From Octopus bimaculoides (Eukaryota), in the NCBI RefSeq assembly GCF_001194135.2, contig NC_068993.1:49824654-49888653 (forward strand): 64,000 nt of DNA. The letters are read 5' to 3'. Below the pieces are notes generated by a model. That model was given only the letters and a program-made list of their open reading frames with translations, did not search any database and was not told where the DNA came from. Made by a program: the position numbers and the translations under genes. Shown here piece by piece: positions 63,965 through 64,000 of the stretch; the first letter of the stretch is position 1, and each line of letters opens with the position of its first letter.

Positions 63965-64000
63965 GTGAAAATCACAGTCAGAGATAAAGGAAGAAAGGGA

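Overview
AT-rich, microsatellite-saturated eukaryotic genomic DNA from a gapped draft assembly. The SINE/LINE families point to a coleoid cephalopod, most likely Octopus; this is inferred from remembered family sequences, not a database search. No complete protein-coding gene can be read, and nearly all ORF-track entries are microsatellite, N-gap or antisense artefacts. Mobile elements dominate: many RTE-clade LINE 3' ends, including three ~97-99% identical young copies and a 0.7 kb RT fragment; at least three tRNA-derived SINE families; a decayed mariner with an internal deletion; mariner-, hAT- and piggyBac-type MITEs; a possible Gypsy integrase relic; and an unclassified ~220 bp repeat. Unique islands between the repeats carry the most interesting signals: a dyad-symmetric NRF1/ETS/YY1/E2F housekeeping-type promoter with a candidate first coding exon (~48.9 kb), a 33-bp intronic duplex with an ADAR-type A:C mismatch just downstream, a perfect acceptor-plus-donor recursive-splice-like site (19.1 kb), a 2x2 head/tail shuffle among SINEs, a 37-bp minisatellite with polarised decay, a palindrome-rich homeodomain/octamer island, and isolated candidate exons. 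All regulatory and splicing calls are predictions that need RNA or chromatin data.
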